Assembly (NCBI GenBank): GCA_039588295.1
Contig: JBDHAB010000008.1
Span: forward strand, 1-64,000
Reading direction: 5' to 3'
DNA length: 64,000 bases
Source: Gemmatimonadota bacterium
Lineage (GTDB): Bacteria > Gemmatimonadota > Gemmatimonadetes > Gemmatimonadales > GWC2-71-9
The position numbers were made by a program, and so were the translations under genes. Positions 11,485 through 20,558 of the stretch are shown one piece after another. Position 1 is the stretch's first letter; every line of letters begins with the position of its first letter. The notes under the pieces are model-generated. The model was not told the DNA's origin, made no database searches, and saw only the letters and a list, made by a program, of their open reading frames with translations.

Positions 11485-12251
11485 TCACGATCAAGTCCGC
11501 GCGGGAAATCGAGACGATGGCTCACGCCGGTCGGATTCTCGCCGACACGCTCGCGCTCGTGGCAAGCCACGTTACCCCGGGTGTCAGCACGGCCGAGCTC
11601 GACCGGATCGCGGAGGACTTCATCAGGGGTCATCCCGGCGCTCGGCCCTCCTTCAAGGGGCTCTATGATTTCCCGGCGACCCTGTGCACGTCCCTCAACA
11701 ATGAGATCGTTCACGGCATTCCGTCGCCGCACCGGCTTCTGGAGGACGCAGACATCGTCTCCATCGACTGTGGCGTGTATCTCGACGGCCTCCATGCCGA
11801 TTCGGCCATCACGGCGGCCGTGGGCGACGTCGGGGAGGACGTGACCCGGTTGCTGCAGGCGACGCAGGACGCCCTCGGAGCCGGGATTACGGCCGCGCAG
11901 GCCGGGAAGCACATCGGTGACATCGGCCACGCCGTGCAGGGCGTCGCGGAGGCGGCTGGGTACAGCGTTGTGCGAGAGCTGGTTGGCCATGGCATCGGCG
12001 CCAGTTTTCACGAGGAACCGCAAGTACCCAACTACGGCAAGCCGAAACGCGGACCGCGGCTGGTTCCCGGGATGACGATTGCGATCGAGCCCATGATCAA
12101 CATGGGCCAACCGGAGATACGGACACTCGACGACAAGTGGACGGTGGTGACCGCCGACGGTTCCTTGTCCGCCCACTTCGAACACACCGTCGTGATCGGG
12201 GCGGGCGGGCCGCGGATTCTGACAGCCGTCCCGGCTTCGACACCGGCCTAG
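11481..12251 (+). CDS. map: Methionine aminopeptidase type I
   Basis: VHGIP, GHGIG..FHEEP, AIEPMIN, SAHFEHT. Confidence 0.98.
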   Translation: MITIKSAREIETMAHAGRILADTLALVASHVTPGVSTAELDRIAEDFIRGHPGARPSFKGLYDFPATLCTSLNNEIVHGIPSPHRLLEDADIVSIDCGVYLDGLHADSAITAAVGDVGEDVTRLLQATQDALGAGITAAQAGKHIGDIGHAVQGVAEAAGYSVVRELVGHGIGASFHEEPQVPNYGKPKRGPRLVPGMTIAIEPMINMGQPEIRTLDDKWTVVTADGSLSAHFEHTVVIGAGGPRILTAVPASTPA

Positions 12252-12275
12252 TCCCCACTTGAGCGCCGCAGGCCG

Positions 12276-13058
12276 CTACCTGCGGAGGACCTCCAGCAGC
12301 CAGGCGTGCACCTTCGGGTTGCCCGCGACGAAGGCCCCGTGGCGAAGGAGGTCAGGATGGCCTCCGGGGTCGGTAACACAACCGCCGGCTTCCCGCACGA
12401 GCAGCGCGCCGGCGGCGACGTCCCACGGCGCGAGATGGAGCTCCCAGAACCCGTCGAACCGTCCCCGCGCGAGATCCGCGAAGTCGAGCGAGGCTGCTCC
12501 AGCGCGTCGAATCCCGCTCGTCTCGACCAGGATCGTGGCAAACTGGCGCAGATAGTCCGGGAGGAGATCCGGCACCTTGAAGGGGAATCCCGTGCCAATG
12601 AGGGCGCTGGCGGGGGCCGTGATCTGAGAGACCTGGAGTCGCTCATTGCCGCACCACGCTCCCCCTCCCCGCGTCGCGTGGTACGTCAGGTCGTGGACGA
12701 TATCGACCACCACCGCGACCGCGGGCTCGCCAGCCGTCACGGCAGCGATGCTCACGGCGTAGGCGGGATAGCCGTGGAGGAAGTTGGTGGTGCCGTCCAG
12801 GGGGTCGACCACCCACAGTAGGTCGGCGCTCCTGGCACGTGGGCTGAGCTCCTCGCCGAGGACCGTGGCTCCGGGCGTCGCTCGCGTCAGCATGTCGGTC
12901 ACGAGCTGTTCCGTCTCCAAGTCGACGCGAGTGACGAAATCGCTCTTTCCCTTCATCTGCCAGCTCGCGGGTGGCGGGCGCTCGATCGTCCGGATATGCG
13001 CCGCGGCCCGCTGCGCCGCAGCCTTGGCGATGTGCAGTAAGTCATGGATTTCACTCAC
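12276..13058 (-). CDS. suhB: Inositol monophosphatase family protein (SuhB-like)
   Basis: GEE, WVVDPLDGTTNF, WDVAAG motifs. Confidence 0.9.
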   Translation of the reverse strand: MSEIHDLLHIAKAAAQRAAAHIRTIERPPPASWQMKGKSDFVTRVDLETEQLVTDMLTRATPGATVLGEELSPRARSADLLWVVDPLDGTTNFLHGYPAYAVSIAAVTAGEPAVAVVVDIVHDLTYHATRGGGAWCGNERLQVSQITAPASALIGTGFPFKVPDLLPDYLRQFATILVETSGIRRAGAASLDFADLARGRFDGFWELHLAPWDVAAGALLVREAGGCVTDPGGHPDLLRHGAFVAGNPKVHAWLLEVLRR

Positions 13059-13059
13059 C

Positions 13060-13088
13060 TTGCGGTCCCCCTAGGCGCTCCATACCTT
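13060..13088 (+). promoter_or_regulatory. Putative sigma70 promoter giving a leaderless trpS mRNA
   Basis: TTGCGG-17 nt-TACCTT, with ATG 7 nt after the -10 and no SD. Confidence 0.55.
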
Positions 13089-13095
13089 CCGGCCC

Positions 13096-14097
13096 ATGCG
13101 CGTCTTCTCGGGTATCCAGCCGTCCGGCGAGCTGCACATCGGAAACTACTTGGGTGCGGTGAAGAACTGGGTTACGCTCCAGGAACAACATGACTGCTTC
13201 TTCTGCATCGTCGACTATCACGCGATCACGCAGGATTTTGACTCCTCCGCCCTCGACGCACGCACGTTTGACATGGCGGTGGGTCTCTTGGCGGCGGGCA
13301 TCGATCCCGAGCGGTGTGTACTCTTCGTCCAGTCGCACGTGCCCGAGCACACGGAGCTAGCCTGGGTGTTCACGACCGTCACGCCGCTCGGCGAACTCGA
13401 ACGGATGACCCAATTTAAGGATAAGGCGAAGCGGCAAGAAAGCGTGCTCGCGGGCCTGCTCAACTACCCGGTGCTGCAGGCCGCAGACGTCCTGCTCTAC
13501 AAGGCGAACGCGGTCCCCGTCGGCGAAGATCAGGTTCAGCATATCGAGCTGATGCGCGAGATCGCGCGCAAGTGGAACGCTCGCTTCGGTGAGGGGTTCT
13601 TCCCGGAGCCCGAAGCGGTCCTGACCCAGGCACGTCGCATCCTCGGGCTCGACGGGCAGGCGAAGATGTCGAAGAGCCTCGGGAACACGGTGAGCCTGCT
13701 CGAGGATCCGGATACTATTTGGCAGCTACTGCGCCCGGCGGTCACGGATCCAGCCCGGGTCACCAAACGGGATCCTGGGAATCCGGACATCTGCAATCTG
13801 TACAGCCTCCACCGACAGTTCTCGCCGACGCCGACAGTGGAGGACGTGGCCGAGCGGTGTCGTGCGGCCAGTTGGGGTTGCTTGGACTGCAAACGGGTGC
13901 TCGCGACGAACATGGCTGAGGAGTTTGCCCCGATTCGCGAGCGGGCCGCCGCACTGCGCGCGCGTCCGGAGCAGGTTCGCGAGACATTGGCGGCGGGAGC
14001 GGAGCGCGCACGGACGGTCGCGCGCGAAACGATGCGAGCGGTGCGCGAGCGCATAGGACTGCTTGCGGCGCTCCGCGCCACTATGTCGAGGTCATGA
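13096..14097 (+). CDS. trpS: Tryptophan--tRNA ligase
   Basis: SGIQPSGELHIGNYLG (HIGH) and KMSKS. Confidence 0.98.
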   Translation: MRVFSGIQPSGELHIGNYLGAVKNWVTLQEQHDCFFCIVDYHAITQDFDSSALDARTFDMAVGLLAAGIDPERCVLFVQSHVPEHTELAWVFTTVTPLGELERMTQFKDKAKRQESVLAGLLNYPVLQAADVLLYKANAVPVGEDQVQHIELMREIARKWNARFGEGFFPEPEAVLTQARRILGLDGQAKMSKSLGNTVSLLEDPDTIWQLLRPAVTDPARVTKRDPGNPDICNLYSLHRQFSPTPTVEDVAERCRAASWGCLDCKRVLATNMAEEFAPIRERAAALRARPEQVRETLAAGAERARTVARETMRAVRERIGLLAALRATMSRS

Positions 14098-14762
14098 TGC
14101 CAGCGTGGTCGGACATAGTCCGGGAGCTTCGACTTGATCTCTTCGGCTATTTGGTGCTGGCGGTGGTGATGGGTGGCGCGATCGGCCTGGAACGAGAGCT
14201 CCGGGGTAAGGCCGCCGGATTGCGGACCAACATCCTGATTTGTGTTGGGGCGGCCCTGTTCACGCGACTGTCGATCTCGGTTGCCGGGGGGCTCGGAGAC
14301 CCGGGGCGGATCGCGGCGCAGATCGTCACCGGTGTCGGCTTCATTGGGGCGGGGACGATCCTGCACAGCCGGGGACACGTGAGTGGGCTCACGAGCGCCG
14401 CGACGATCTGGCTGGTGGCGGCAATCGGTGTGGCCGTCGGGTCCGGCGCCGTGATCGAGGCCACGGGAGCAACGCTCCTCGTGGTTGTGGTGCTGGCGGT
14501 GCTGGGATGGGCGGAGCGGTCGCTGCACAAGTACGGTGGTGTGAGCCGTGTGTCGGTGGAAGTCCCCAGCCTGGAGGGGGTCGCCGACGTCGAACGCATC
14601 GTGCGTGAGGCGGGGCTCCAGGTCGAGGAGATACGCTCCGAGCAGCGTGAGGGCCGTATGCTGGTGGAAGTGTCGATGCGCGGCCCGCAACGCCTCCACG
14701 ACCAAGCGAAGCTGCAGCTGCTACGCACCTCTGGCGCGTACACCGTATCGAGCGAGGAATAG
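14094..14762 (+). CDS. MgtC/SapB family membrane protein
   Basis: IGLERE..KAAGLRT, DPGRIAAQIVTGVGFIGAG, GLTSAATIW. Confidence 0.93.
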   Translation: MMPAWSDIVRELRLDLFGYLVLAVVMGGAIGLERELRGKAAGLRTNILICVGAALFTRLSISVAGGLGDPGRIAAQIVTGVGFIGAGTILHSRGHVSGLTSAATIWLVAAIGVAVGSGAVIEATGATLLVVVVLAVLGWAERSLHKYGGVSRVSVEVPSLEGVADVERIVREAGLQVEEIRSEQREGRMLVEVSMRGPQRLHDQAKLQLLRTSGAYTVSSEE

Positions 14763-14829
14763 CGGCTCGTACACCGACGTCGCGAGCGGCAGCGTATCGT
14801 CGTCTACCCTCAATCGGGCTACGTGTTGT

Positions 14830-16002
14830 ATGGAAACGATCATTAAAGCGGCAGTCGAGCGGGGCGCGTCGGACCTGCACATCAAAGCAGGAGACGTGTT
14901 TCGCGCCCGCATCGATGGTAAGCTGCTGCCGTTGACGAAACAGCGGCTTACCCCGGAGCAGACCAAGGCAATCGCCCTGAAGCTCATACCGGTCGACGAG
15001 GACCGCAGACGCCTCGACACCATTCGCGACTACGATTGCTCGTGGGGTGCCCCCGGGATCGGCCGGTTCCGAGTCAATATCCTGCGACAACGATCCTCGT
15101 TCATGATTGTCATGCGGGTCATTCCGTTTGAGGTGCCGACGTTCGAGAAGCTGGGGCTTCCTGCCGTCCTGGGTTCGATTGCGGAGACTGAGCGCGGCAT
15201 GGTCATCGTGACCGGCGTGACCGGGAGCGGCAAGAGCTCGACCATGGCGTCGATGATCAATCACATTAATCAGACCCTCAACCGACACATTGTGACGTTG
15301 GAGAATCCCATCGAGTTTCTCCACCGCGACCTCAAGAGCTCGGTGACGCAACGGGAGATCGGTTCCGACACCGATTCGTTTGCGGTGGGATTGCGGGCGA
15401 CGCTGCGACAGGATCCGGACGTCATCCTCATCGGTGAAATGCGGGATGCCGAGACGGTCGACACCGCCATGAAGGCGGCCGAGACGGGTCACCTTCTTAT
15501 CTCCACCCTCCATACCCCCGACGCCACTACGACCGTGGCCCGGATCGTCGCGATGTTCCCGTCGGAGGAACAAGAGGTGGCTCGCGCGCGTCTGGCGGAC
15601 TCCCTCCAAGCGGTCATCTCGCAGCGGCTCTTGCCGCGGGCCGATAACTCGGGCCGCTGTGTGGCCATCGAGGTGATGATCTGCACACCGGCGATCCGCG
15701 ACCTCATTCGTGACCGGAATCGCGTCGCCGAGATCAAGGACTATGTCGAAGAGGGCCGCGACCAATACGGGATGCAGAGTTTCGAGCAGCACCTCATGGA
15801 TCTGGTGGTGGGCGAGATCGTCACGTTCGAGACGGCAAAAGCCGCGGTCACCGACCCTGCGGACTTCGAGCTGAAGCTCAAGACACTCGGCGGTCGGGCG
15901 AAGAGCCGGAAGACAAGCAAGAAGACGAAGAAGTCCGGGAAGCGGGATGACCGTGGCCTTCGAATCTCGGGCGGCTTCGGCTTCGCCGAAGGTGATGAAT
16001 GA
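14830..16002 (+). CDS. pilT: PilT/PilU family type IV pilus retraction ATPase
   Basis: ASDLHI, GVTGSGKS Walker A, LRQDPDVILIGEMRD, AETGHL.ISTLH, AIRDLIRD. Confidence 0.9.
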   Translation: METIIKAAVERGASDLHIKAGDVFRARIDGKLLPLTKQRLTPEQTKAIALKLIPVDEDRRRLDTIRDYDCSWGAPGIGRFRVNILRQRSSFMIVMRVIPFEVPTFEKLGLPAVLGSIAETERGMVIVTGVTGSGKSSTMASMINHINQTLNRHIVTLENPIEFLHRDLKSSVTQREIGSDTDSFAVGLRATLRQDPDVILIGEMRDAETVDTAMKAAETGHLLISTLHTPDATTTVARIVAMFPSEEQEVARARLADSLQAVISQRLLPRADNSGRCVAIEVMICTPAIRDLIRDRNRVAEIKDYVEEGRDQYGMQSFEQHLMDLVVGEIVTFETAKAAVTDPADFELKLKTLGGRAKSRKTSKKTKKSGKRDDRGLRISGGFGFAEGDE

Positions 16003-16895
16003 GCGAGAGGCCTTGGGGGCTCCTCGTGCCCATCACCACGCCGTTCGATGCGACGACGGGCGAGGTCGCTCCGGTACACCTGCGGGAGAACGCGCGCTCC
16101 GTGCTCGAGGCCGGTGCCATGGGTATCGTGGCCGCCGGCTCCACGGGGGAAGCATCGCTGCTGTCCGAAGCCGAGTTTCAACAACTTGTTGGGTGGCTGC
16201 GCGATGTGGTGCCGCACGATCGCTGGCTGATTGCCGGTGCGGGGCGGGAATCGACCCGGGCCACCATAGCGGCATGCGGAGCGGCCGCCGCCGCCGGTGC
16301 GCAAGGCGTGTTGATCCGTGCGCCAAGCTACTACGGGCCGGTGCTCACCACCGCGTCGCTGATCGATCATTTTCGACGTGTGGCGGATGAATCGCCTCTG
16401 CCGCTCCTGCTCTACAATTTTCCGCGCTATACCCACGTGCCGCTGTCCGAGCAACTGGTGGCCGCGCTCTCGAAGCATGAAAACGTGTGGGGGGCGAAAG
16501 ACTCTTCGGGCGATCTCAAGAACTTCGTGGCCTACCGGGAGGCCGCGCCGGAATGGTCGCTGTTCATTGGTTCCGGAGCGCTGTATTACGCGGCCTTGGA
16601 GCTCGGTGCCGTGGGCGCCGTCGCGGCGGTGGGGTGCTTCGCGGCTCGCCTGACCGCGCAGATCGGTGTGGCCTTTGAGGCCGGGGACAAAGCCGGTGCC
16701 GGCGCAGCCCAGGAAACCGTCGCACCGCTCCATCGCGAGATCGTCACCGAAATGGGTGTCCCCGGCATCAAGGCTGCTATGGATGCGGTCGGTCTAGCGG
16801 GAGGTGTGCCTCGGTCGCCCATTCCACGGCTCGGTCCCAAGGAGCGAGCCCGGGTTGCAGCCCTGGTGACCGCGGCGAAGCTTACCGATTCCTGA
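15999..16895 (+). CDS. Dihydrodipicolinate synthase family class I aldolase (DapA/HOGA-like)
   Basis: PITTPF, GSTGE, LLYNFP, GAKDSSGD. Confidence 0.88.
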   Translation: MSERPWGLLVPITTPFDATTGEVAPVHLRENARSVLEAGAMGIVAAGSTGEASLLSEAEFQQLVGWLRDVVPHDRWLIAGAGRESTRATIAACGAAAAAGAQGVLIRAPSYYGPVLTTASLIDHFRRVADESPLPLLLYNFPRYTHVPLSEQLVAALSKHENVWGAKDSSGDLKNFVAYREAAPEWSLFIGSGALYYAALELGAVGAVAAVGCFAARLTAQIGVAFEAGDKAGAGAAQETVAPLHREIVTEMGVPGIKAAMDAVGLAGGVPRSPIPRLGPKERARVAALVTAAKLTDS

Positions 16896-16938
16896 CCCTC
16901 CCTTCGCCTGGGCACACGATCTGTTTGCCCGGCTCGCA

Positions 16939-18021
16939 GTGCCCCGCCTGCCCGGCTCCGAGGGCGTAGAGGGCGTGGAGCGTCTCGTGGCCACCACGCT
17001 CGCGGGTTGGGGCTACCGGGTCGAGCGAACGCCCTTCCTCACCTCGGCTGCTCGGCTTTACGCTGCCAGCATCGCTGGTGCCGGGATGGGGTGGCTGAGT
17101 TTGCTGCTCGTGCCATTGTTCGTCCTCCCCCTGCCCGGCTGGACCGTGCTGCTCGTGGGTGTCGGCGGAATGCTGTCGATCGCGGCCGCCGGGCTCGGGG
17201 TGGCGGAAGGGCACCTTCGGGTGCGAGGGCCGGAAGTTGAGGCTCGCAACCTGGAGGCCCGTCGCGGCCGTCCGCAGCTCTGGCTGGTTGCGCACAGCGA
17301 CAGCAAGCGCCAGGCGTTCTCGCTGCGGGCGCGCGTGGTGGGAGCCAGCTGTCTGGTTCTGGGCGCCGCCGGCCTGGTGATGCTCCTCGCGCTGCGGCTC
17401 TCCGGGACGGTGGCGTGGTGGCAGGTGCTCGCCGTCACCCTCCCGATGCTCGTCGGCGGTGGCGTCCTCTCCCGCAGTGCACCACAAGGGAACGCTCCCG
17501 GCGCCGTGGACAACGCCAGCGGGATGGTCGCCGTGTTGGTGGCAGCCCACGAGTTGCGCGATCGAGCCGACGTCGGTGTGCTGATTAGCGGCGCGGAGGA
17601 GTTCGGGATGGTGGGGGCCCGGATCTGGGCTGCGACGGGACCCCCGGGAGCCATGTTCATCAACGTCGACGGGGTCGACGCACGAGGACCCCATCGTGTG
17701 ATGACTCATCGAAGTCGCGGCGGTGGGTTGGCCTCCCCCAGTCGCATCGCCCGGGCTCTCGCCTGCGGGCTTCACCGGCCCGGCAGGCGGGTCAGGGAGG
17801 GACGCCTGCCCCCGGGGGTGCTGGTCGACGGAATCGTACTGGCGCGGGCCGGATTGGACGGCGTGACCGTGAGTCGCGGCGACTGGCAGACCCTCGGTGT
17901 GGTGCACACGCACAGGGACACGCCGGCACGGCTCGACCCGGAGGCCGCCATCGAAACCGGCATGGGGATCGCAGCGGCGGTGCGTGACCTCTTGGTTGAC
18001 GCTGGAATCCGCAGCCGGTAG
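16939..18021 (+). CDS. M28 family metallopeptidase with inserted transmembrane segments
   Basis: VAHSDS, GAVDNASG, GAEEFG, NVDG, VHT ligands interrupted by hydrophobic helices; start uncertain. Confidence 0.75.
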   Translation: MPRLPGSEGVEGVERLVATTLAGWGYRVERTPFLTSAARLYAASIAGAGMGWLSLLLVPLFVLPLPGWTVLLVGVGGMLSIAAAGLGVAEGHLRVRGPEVEARNLEARRGRPQLWLVAHSDSKRQAFSLRARVVGASCLVLGAAGLVMLLALRLSGTVAWWQVLAVTLPMLVGGGVLSRSAPQGNAPGAVDNASGMVAVLVAAHELRDRADVGVLISGAEEFGMVGARIWAATGPPGAMFINVDGVDARGPHRVMTHRSRGGGLASPSRIARALACGLHRPGRRVREGRLPPGVLVDGIVLARAGLDGVTVSRGDWQTLGVVHTHRDTPARLDPEAAIETGMGIAAAVRDLLVDAGIRSR

Positions 18022-18024
18022 CTT
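17996..18024 (+). promoter_or_regulatory. Putative sigma70 promoter for purA
   Basis: TTGACG-17 nt-TAGCTT. Confidence 0.6.
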
Positions 18025-18034
18025 GTCCCACAGG

Positions 18035-18068
18035 ATGCCCCGTGGGAGCCCCGCGGGGCGTTTTTGTT
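18035..18068 (+). terminator. Intrinsic terminator-like hairpin inside the purA leader (candidate attenuator)
   Basis: GCCCCGTGGG-AGC-CCCGCGGGGC 10-bp stem (one G-U) followed by GTTTTTGTT. Confidence 0.75.
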
Positions 18069-18093
18069 GCCAGCGATAGGAGCGTGCCTAGTC

Positions 18094-19374
18094 ATGTTCG
18101 GTCCGGAGCGGCGATGTATGGTGGTGGTCGGAGTCCAGTGGGGGGATGAGGGGAAGGGCAAGATCGTCGACGTCGTGTCGGAGCAGGCCGATTGGGTGGT
18201 CCGGTATCAAGGCGGCGCCAACGCGGGCCACACCGTGGTCAAGGGCGACACCCAGTTCATTCTCCATCAGATCCCCTCTGGGATTCTGCACCATCGAACC
18301 GCCTGTGTGATCGGGAACGGGGTGGTGCTCGATCCGGAGACGCTGCTCACCGAGATGCAGGAGTTGGAGGAGCGCGGGGTGACGGTTGACGGGCGGCTCC
18401 TCGTGTCCGATCGCGCCCATCTCGTACTGCCCTACCACAAGCTGCTCGAACGCGCGGCGGAAGAACGCCAGCACATCGGCACGACCGGCCGCGGGATCGG
18501 GCCAGCCTATGAGGACAAGTTCGGCCGCCGCGGTATCCGAGCAGGCGATCTGCGAAACCTCGATCGGGTGATGGACATCGTACAGCAGCGCGTGCAGCGG
18601 ACCAATGCCCTGCTCGGGCTCTGGGGAGCGGATCACCGGGCCGATCCCGATGCGCACATGGCGCTGCTGCGCCGGGTCGCCGTGCGGATCGTGCCGATGC
18701 TCGCCGACACCGGCCGCGCCGTGTACGAGGCCCTGCGCGCCGGGCGCCGGGTGCTGCTCGAAGGCGCGCAAGGCGCCATGCTCGACGTCGATCATGGGAC
18801 CTATCCGTTTGTCACCTCGTCGAATACCACGGCAGGTGGCGCGGCGGTGGGGGCCGGGATCGGACCTACGGCAATCGACGCGGTGCTCGGCGTGGTGAAG
18901 GCGTACACGACGCGGGTGGGAAACGGTCCGCTGCCCTCGGAGGCCACGGACGACAACGGTGAGAAGCTGCGGACGCTCGGGGGTGAGTTCGGCGCTACTA
19001 CCGGCCGTCCCAGACGCTGCGGCTGGTTCGATGCTGCCGTTGCCCGCTATGCGACGCGAGTCAACGGCGTGACGCATCTCGCGGTCACGAAGCTCGACGT
19101 GCTCGACAGCTTTGCGGAGATCCCGGTTTGCGTGGGGTATCGGCTCGACGGCGAAGTCTTGGACGAAATCCCCGCGAGCACCGAACGGGTGAGTCAGCTC
19201 GAACCGGTTTACGAGGTGCTCGAGGGTTGGGGTCGAGCCACGGGAGGCGCCCGTACGCTGGGCGACCTTCCGCCTCAAGCCCGGGCCTATCTCGATCGCA
19301 TCGAACGCGAACTCGCGACGCCAGTGGCCTACGTGAGTGTCGGTACGAGGCGAGACCAGATCATCGGAGGCTGA
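18094..19374 (+). CDS. purA: Adenylosuccinate synthetase
   Basis: QWGDEGKGK, GGANAGHT, GTTGRGIGP, EGAQG, GTYPFVTSS; AGGAG SD upstream. Confidence 0.98.
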   Translation: MFGPERRCMVVVGVQWGDEGKGKIVDVVSEQADWVVRYQGGANAGHTVVKGDTQFILHQIPSGILHHRTACVIGNGVVLDPETLLTEMQELEERGVTVDGRLLVSDRAHLVLPYHKLLERAAEERQHIGTTGRGIGPAYEDKFGRRGIRAGDLRNLDRVMDIVQQRVQRTNALLGLWGADHRADPDAHMALLRRVAVRIVPMLADTGRAVYEALRAGRRVLLEGAQGAMLDVDHGTYPFVTSSNTTAGGAAVGAGIGPTAIDAVLGVVKAYTTRVGNGPLPSEATDDNGEKLRTLGGEFGATTGRPRRCGWFDAAVARYATRVNGVTHLAVTKLDVLDSFAEIPVCVGYRLDGEVLDEIPASTERVSQLEPVYEVLEGWGRATGGARTLGDLPPQARAYLDRIERELATPVAYVSVGTRRDQIIGG

Positions 19375-19420
19375 TCGCGGTGCCGGGGTCTCCAGCGGGC
19401 GATCGACAGGGGGAGCCGCG

Positions 19421-20497
19421 GTGAGGCCACCGAAAGTCGTGATCGTGGCGCAGTCCTTCAAGGAGTCGATCGCCGCCCCCGCGGTCGCCGAGGCGTTGGA
19501 CGTCGCGGCGCGTACGGCCGGCGCCACACCCATCGTCCTGCGAGCCAGTGATGGGGGCGACGGTCTGCTCGAGGCGCTTACCCCGTGTCTCGTCCGATTC
19601 ACCAAGTATCAGGTCGAGGATCCCCTCAGGCGTCTGATTGAGGCCCCGGTCGGCTGGCTCGCGGAGCGGACGGCCGTGATCGAATCCCGCCTCGCGTGTG
19701 GGCTAAGCCTCTTGGCGCCGCACGAACGTGACCCGTTGGTCACGACCACGCGTGGTGTGGGCGCGCTCATCCGCCGGGCTGTCGCTGACGGCGCCGATCG
19801 TGTCTTCGTCGGCCTCGGAGGCAGCGCAACCGTGGACGGCGGACTCGGCATGGCGCGGGACTGGGGCTGGGCCCCGGTCGACGGCGCGGGTCAGCCACTC
19901 GCTGAAGGCGGCGGTGCGCTGGCCACGCTGGCGCGGCTTGGGGAAGGGACCCGTCCAACGGCGCACCTCGTGGGTCTCTGTGACGTCGCTACCGTGCTGA
20001 CCGGGCCTCGCGGGGCTCGGGTGTTTGCCGCCCAGAAGGGGGCCTCACCGGCCGCCACCACTCGGCTCGCGGCGGGGCTCGAGCGGCTTGCGGAGGTCGC
20101 GAACGCTGCCGGAGCGGGGCCGGTCGCCCAGGTCCCCGGAGCCGGCGCTGCGGGAGGGCTTGGGTTTGGGTTGGCGTTCTTTGGGAACGGTGAGCTCGTT
20201 GCCGGGGCACCGTGGGTGCTGGAGCGCGTGGGGTTCTCCCGGGCGCTGACCGATGCCGATCTCGTCGTGGTGGCTGAGGGAGCGTTCGACGAAACCTCAC
20301 TGGAAGGGAAGCTCTCGGGTGTCGTGATCAGTCTGGCGCGCGAGGCCGGAGTGGCGGTTCTGCTGATCGCGCCGACGGCAACCCATGTCCCGGCGGAAGT
20401 CATCGTTGAAAGCGGAGGCGGGTGGTGGAGCGCGGCTGACGTGACACGGCGCGGGGCGCAGGCGGTGTCGCGGGCACTTCGCTTGCTGGGGCACTAG
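19421..20497 (+). CDS. Glycerate kinase (GlxK/GarK family)
   Basis: SFKES, SDGGDG, GLGGSATVDGG, GAGAAGG. Confidence 0.9.
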   Translation: MRPPKVVIVAQSFKESIAAPAVAEALDVAARTAGATPIVLRASDGGDGLLEALTPCLVRFTKYQVEDPLRRLIEAPVGWLAERTAVIESRLACGLSLLAPHERDPLVTTTRGVGALIRRAVADGADRVFVGLGGSATVDGGLGMARDWGWAPVDGAGQPLAEGGGALATLARLGEGTRPTAHLVGLCDVATVLTGPRGARVFAAQKGASPAATTRLAAGLERLAEVANAAGAGPVAQVPGAGAAGGLGFGLAFFGNGELVAGAPWVLERVGFSRALTDADLVVVAEGAFDETSLEGKLSGVVISLAREAGVAVLLIAPTATHVPAEVIVESGGGWWSAADVTRRGAQAVSRALRLLGH

Positions 20498-20511
20498 GCT
20501 GGCTCTATACT
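20483..20511 (+). promoter_or_regulatory. Putative sigma70 promoter for the glyQS operon
   Basis: TTGCTG-17 nt-TATACT. Confidence 0.55.
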
Positions 20512-20558
20512 TCGAACTTCCTGATCGCTTCCCTCGATGAAAACGTCGCCCGATCGCA

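Noticed and set aside
20498..20558. T-box leader before glyQS (or trpS)
   Set aside because: Spacers are far too short and contain no T-box consensus
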